Shown here one piece after another: positions 58,961-64,000 of a stretch of 64,000 bases of DNA (its first letter is position 1; each line of letters begins with the position of its first letter). Location: NCBI RefSeq assembly GCF_009914755.1, contig NC_060938.1. One strand, given 5' to 3'. The DNA is from the human T2T-CHM13v2.0 reference genome, Homo sapiens. A program made the translations under genes and the position numbers. Below the pieces are notes generated by a model. The model was not told the DNA's origin. It saw only the letters and a program-made list of their open reading frames with translations, and did not search any database.

Positions 58961-59120
58961 GGCTCCCCAGAATAATCCAGAAGTCGATTCCATCATGGCA
59001 GAACTCAAGGTGGAGGCGCCGGCCAGCGTAGACTGGCAGAAACGCTGCCTGACCCTGGAAACTCAGCTTTTCCGGTTCCGCCTACAGGCCAGCAAGATAA
59101 GGGAGCTGCTGGCTGACAAG
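58961..59120 (+). other. PLEKHH1: PLEKHH1 exon 2 (34 nt 5'UTR + 126 nt CDS)
   Basis: Long pyrimidine tract (cttttcctctttctgc...ttcttAG) ending at 58960; donor GTGAGT at 59121. Confidence 0.85.
58995..59120 (+). CDS. PLEKHH1: PLEKHH1 first coding exon (42 codons, phase-0 donor); CDS continues beyond the window
   Basis: ATG in atcATGG context. Translation MAELKVEAPASVDWQKRCLTLETQLFRFRLQASKIRELLADK recognised as the PLEKHH1 N-terminus. Ends at consensus donor AAG|GTGAGT (59120/59121). Confidence 0.93.
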
Positions 59121-59780
59121 GTGAGTCCCTCAGAGCAGGGAGCTGCCTCTCCACACGCAGAGGTTTATGGCAGGGAGGGCCGTGTGAGAGAGGGAGAGTT
59201 GGGGAAAGTCAACTTTCAGTAAGATGCTTTTCCCCATATGCAAAATGAAACCCAAGGTAGTTTAAGACCAAAGTCCGAGCAGTTTACTAAGCTGTTATCT
59301 TGCTTGCGTAATTTGCTCGCTCATTAAGGCACACCAAAGACATGCTGCCAATCTTCTCGGTCCCCCATCACTTCCGGAGTCACCTGTGGCTGCAGCGGAG
59401 AGGTTCTATTATTCCCTTAACGTTTCTTTCTCAGTGTGGGGAAGGACGGTGTTTCGGGAGAAAACAGAAATCTCTACCCTTCCTCTCACCCTTTGTTAAA
59501 TAAATGAGCTACAGGAGGTGTTCTGCTTTCCTGGTAACAAGGACACAGGCTTTGGAGCCAGACCTAACTTGGCTCTGCCACTTACTGGCTAGATGACCCT
59601 GGGCAAGTCCCTTCACCTCTAAGGCAAAAAAACACAAATGTCTACTTCTAAGAGTTATTTTGAGAATTATATCAGATCACATATGTAAAGGTCCTGACAT
59701 AGAATAGGTCTTAAATGGGAATAATTATTTTATTTACAGGTTTGGGTGGGCTGGTCTGGGAAACTGACCACCTTTCCTAA

Positions 59781-60139
<359 letters not shown>

Positions 60140-60589
60140 GAAGATACATTCTAAACTGCTAACTTTCAGAGGCATTCTGGAGCATAACCCATCTAGAGAG
60201 TGAAGACCTGCACTTAAAATTAAGTGAATCAATCATTATATGTATAGTTTTGTTTATAGTATCCATCTGCTTAGCAAACCCTTCTTTCATAAGTACAAAG
60301 GGAAAATTCAGCTCACACCTCTCCAAAGAATGTCAAAGTCTCAATTAGTAAAGCCCAAATGGATGACCTGTTTTATTGATAGCTGGAGTCCAGCAGGACA
60401 AATCAGTGGCATCACCATGGCTAAGGGGAGTGGTCCTGGACTAGTCTGGACTAGAACTCTTGAACCTTGGGTCTGTTGACATTGTTGTCTCCTAACTCAG
60501 ACTTTGCAAAACAGAGATGTGCAGGGTACTGCCAGGTACTGCCGATAGAAAGGAATGAATATACATCAGGAAAGGGCAGCAGACCTTAG

Positions 60590-60778
60590 ACAGTGATTCT
60601 CAAAGTGTGGTCAGAACCGTTTGGCCAGAACCACGTAGAGTGCTTGTTAAGCATGCATATTCCTGGGTTCTACCCCAGTCCTCTCAATTGAAGTCTCCTG
60701 GGGGGTTGCTAATAATCTGCATGTTTAACAAGCGTCCAGAAAATCATTCTGTACACTATGAAGTTTGAGAACCCTGAC
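60590..60778. mobile_element. MER5-type hAT DNA transposon remnant
   Basis: Terminal inverted repeats cagtgattctcaaagt ... agtttgagaaccctg; internal atctgcatgtttaacaagc. Confidence 0.6.
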
Positions 60779-60859
60779 TTAAGCTATGGTGTTGGAGGAG
60801 GGACGAAAAGGAAGGAAAGGATAAGTAGGGATTGACTCAGCCAGGCAGTCTGAGATATA

Positions 60860-62990
60860 TCTCGGAGGGAAGAGACTTCTGTTTCTAGTAATATGGACAA
60901 CAAAATAACAAAAAAAAACCCACTATGAATCACCTGGAAATACTGGGTTAAATATTTAAAATATTCATGTAAATGCAGAGCTGAGCACAGAAAAAAGTAA
61001 GAAAAGTCCTCAGGTAACAAAATGAAGAGGGGATAGCCACAGTGGTACTCAACTCTGACAGCTGATTGAGGGGCAGGTGGTGTGTGACTGGCCTCCCTAG
61101 AGTAATGTAAGGTTTGAAGTTAGAGTTTTAATATCTGTGGGGATAGAAATGAGGACTGGCCAGCTGGAGGTTGGAGCTGAAACAGACTTCTGCATCAAGT
61201 CAGGACTATTATTTCTTTTGATTAGTGTCAGTATGAACAAAATTTAAAAATAAAAAATGGTCAGGAATATTAAAGGGCTTACCCTAAATAACAAGGTAGA
61301 CAAGGAAAGGAAAATCATTCACTGGCACAGGAGATGACAATAGCTTCTCAGACTTAGTTAAGGCTCTGGGTAGAAAAACAAGAGTAGAGTCTCCCCTGAG
61401 AACCTGACGATAACACTAGTTTAATGTTAGGATTTATACTACCTGTGTGGTTTAGGAAACCCAAGTTCTGGGCCAGTGATACCCCTGGGGAGCCTGGTAG
61501 GGACAGAAACAAAACCTCTCTGGAGACACAAGACCTCAATTCAGATCACACAGGATCCACACAGAAAAAAAGCCTTAATGAAGAGGAATATATAATCAAA
61601 AATGACTAAATACTTGAGGAAATAATCTACAATGAGTGAGTATCCACAGACACAAAAAACAATTAGACTAGATCCCCAACAACTTCTAATAATGGAACTG
61701 TTGGCAAGAGACTATGAAATAAATGAGTTCAAAAGTTTTGAAGACGTAACAAAGAAAATGAAAGCATAAGACAAGAACAAGACACTACCTAAAAAGATCA
61801 GGTAGACTTGAAAACTAAATAGAACTTTAATAAGTGAAAGTGTTTTTATTGAAATTAAAATGTATTAATGGATAGATTAAACATCAGATTAGGCACCATG
61901 GAAGATAGACTTAATGGACAGGAAGACAGACCTAAGGAAATCATCCAGAATGCTGCCTACAGAAATACAAATACAGCAGTTGAGACCTGGATGTTAGAAT
62001 GACAAGGTCCTGTATCTATCAAGTAAGATTCCATGAAAGATAGTGGCTGAAAATTTCCAAACTTGATGAAAGATGTGAAGCCTCAGATTCAGGAAACAGA
62101 ATGAGTCTAACCAGGGTAAGTTTTTAAAAATCACAGTTTGGTTAGATCATTGTTTGGCTGCTGTAAGAAAGAACCTCAAATAACAATGGCTTAAACCAGG
62201 CTGATGTTTCTTTCTTTCTCATGTAACCTTCCAGACATAAGCAATCAAGCTCTAGGGTGATGGTCTCTGGATATTTGAAGATGGGTCATCTGATAGTCAC
62301 ATTCCAGCCCCTTCCCTTTAAGTTAGTGACTCGGAGGTTTCATACCTTTCTTCTGCTGATATGCCACTGGCCAGATCTTATTCACATGGTTATACCCAGC
62401 TACAAAGAAGGTTTGTACATTTCTACAAACAGAAATGTAGTCTTTATTCTGAATAACTATGCGCTCAGCTAAAAGTTGGGGGTTCTATTTATATGAGAAA
62501 GAAAGAGAGGATAGATAATAGGGAAAAACCAGCAGTCTTTAAGTCTAGACTAATAGGAGGGATAACAAATAGAAACAGAGTATTCATACCTCAAATCAGT
62601 AGAGAGAGGAAATGAAAAAAGGAAAGTCTATTAAATACAGATAGGGACAAGAAAATAATATATCAAAAAAAGGAGTAAACAGAAAGGACAAATGAAGTGG
62701 CAGAAATAAATCCAAATATATCTGTCACAGGGTGACATATATTGCAGCATTGATGTATGAAAATTTGGAAACATTCTAAATGTCCATCAACAGAGAGATG
62801 GATAAACATATTCAGTGTATTTGTACAGTGGAATACTACATTGCAATTAAAAATGAATCAAGTAGAACTACATTTGTAAGATCAGTAAATCTCAAAAATC
62901 AGCATTGAATAAAAAACATCTGAAGGATATATACAGCATCATACAGTTTATGTACTTCTAAAAACCTTCAAAGACAGTACTAATTGTTGT
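60860..62990 (+). mobile_element. Degenerate L1 fragments (5'/ORF1-region and 3' pieces)
   Basis: A-rich strand bias with atggatagattaaacatcagattag, tggctgaaaatttccaaacttgatgaaaga and aaatgtccatcaacagagagatggataaac. No intact ORF. Confidence 0.65.
62140..62535 (-). mobile_element. MLT1-type MaLR LTR inserted in an old L1
   Basis: gctgctgtaagaaagaacctcaaataacaatggcttaaac ... ctggccagatcttattcacatgg ... agctacaaagaagg pattern. Confidence 0.55.
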
Positions 62991-63509
62991 TTCTCATCCC
63001 AGATCCGTGCTCATGGATTTTATATATTTGGGAATAAGCATCTGATTTCAATTGAACAAAAGCTCTGCTGCTAAAAAAAAAAAAAAAGTTGAAAACACTG
63101 TCTTAGATTACAACAGTTAGAACCATTTAATGGCTAACCTGGGGGTTGCAAAGTCAAATGCTTACAGGTAAGCTAGATAAGTGAAAAGAGCCAGGTGGAT
63201 TCTGGGAGAACATGAGGGGACATGTTGAAGCCACTTATTGCCATAAGAAAATGTAACCCAGGTATTTTTACTATATACAAATGAGGTAAAAATATAAAAA
63301 CAACCAAGTGTAGGGTCAACGCCGGGGGAAGGGGGTAAAATTGGAGAGAATTATGCAGGGCTTCAACTATATCTGTCATGGTCCATTTCTTAAAGACAAA
63401 CATCAGAAGCAGATGTGACAAAAATTAAGGGTTGACGAAGCCGAATGGTGGATATATGGTTTTTTGGGATTTTTTTAAGACAAAGTGACAAGTGACAGGC
63501 AGATACATG

Positions 63510-63987
63510 TGTTTTTTGTTTTGTTTTTGTTTTTGTTTTTGAGACAAAGTTTCTCTCTTGTTGCCCCGGCTGGAGTGCAGTGGCCCATTGCAACCTCCCC
63601 ATCCTGGGTTCAAGCGATTCTCCTGCCTTAGCCTCCCGAGTAGCTGGGATTACAGGTGCGCGCCACCACGCCCAGCTAATTTTGTATTTTTGGTAGAGAT
63701 GGAGTTTCTCCATTTTGGTCAGGCTGGTCTTGAACTCCCAACCTTAGGTGATCCACCCGCCTCAGCCTCCCAAAGTGCTGGGATTGCAGGCGTGAGCCAC
63801 CGTGCCCAGGCAGCAGACACATGTTTTTAAAAAATTATTCTCATCAGGCATGGTGATGCGTGCCTGTAGTCCCAGTGACTTAGAGGCCAAGGTAGGAGGA
63901 TCGCTTGAGCCAAGGACTTTGAGGCTGCAGTGAGCTGTGATCACACTACACTTCAGCCTGGGTGACACAGCAAAATCCTGTCTCAAA
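63510..63987. mobile_element. AluSp-like (-, 63510-63811) and Alu right arm (+, 63843-63987)
   Basis: Alu consensus; TSD gcaga(t/c)acatgt. Confidence 0.88.
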
Positions 63988-64000
63988 GGATATATATATA

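Noticed and set aside
58878-59222. 114-aa ORF as a complete gene
   Set aside because: Only 58995-59120 is exonic CDS; the flanks are intron or UTR read-through.

Overview
Human (primate) genomic DNA, Alu-rich and almost entirely non-coding. The only protein-coding sequence I can support is the first coding exon of PLEKHH1 (+ strand, 58995-59120, MAELKVEAPASVDWQKRC...LADK), which places the window at 14q24.1. From recalled gene order plus splice signals visible here, the left ~50 kb is the 5' non-coding part of TMEM229B on the minus strand. It has a shared 173-nt 5'UTR exon (4119-4291) and alternative first exons near 5.6 kb, in the CpG island at ~32 kb, and in the CpG island at ~50 kb shared head-to-head with PLEKHH1. 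The TMEM229B CDS lies left of the window. The rest is Alu, MIR, L1, solo LTR (THE1, MER21, MER39/34-like, MLT1) and old DNA-transposon sequence. I cannot support a wholly new biological system. The best leads are: (i) a strong-Kozak ATG overlapping a splice donor just upstream of a pure (GCC)10 repeat, giving a poly-Arg uORF; (ii) a uORF-dense 5'UTR exon with a hairpin over its branch point and pyrimidine tract; (iii) several small local duplications, including a direct repeat bracketing the bidirectional promoter and an Alu-Alu unequal-crossover product; (iv) a palindromic homeodomain/TEAD-motif element and a strong CTCF site between the two islands. Repeat subfamily names are from memory of consensus sequences, and identities were counted by eye.
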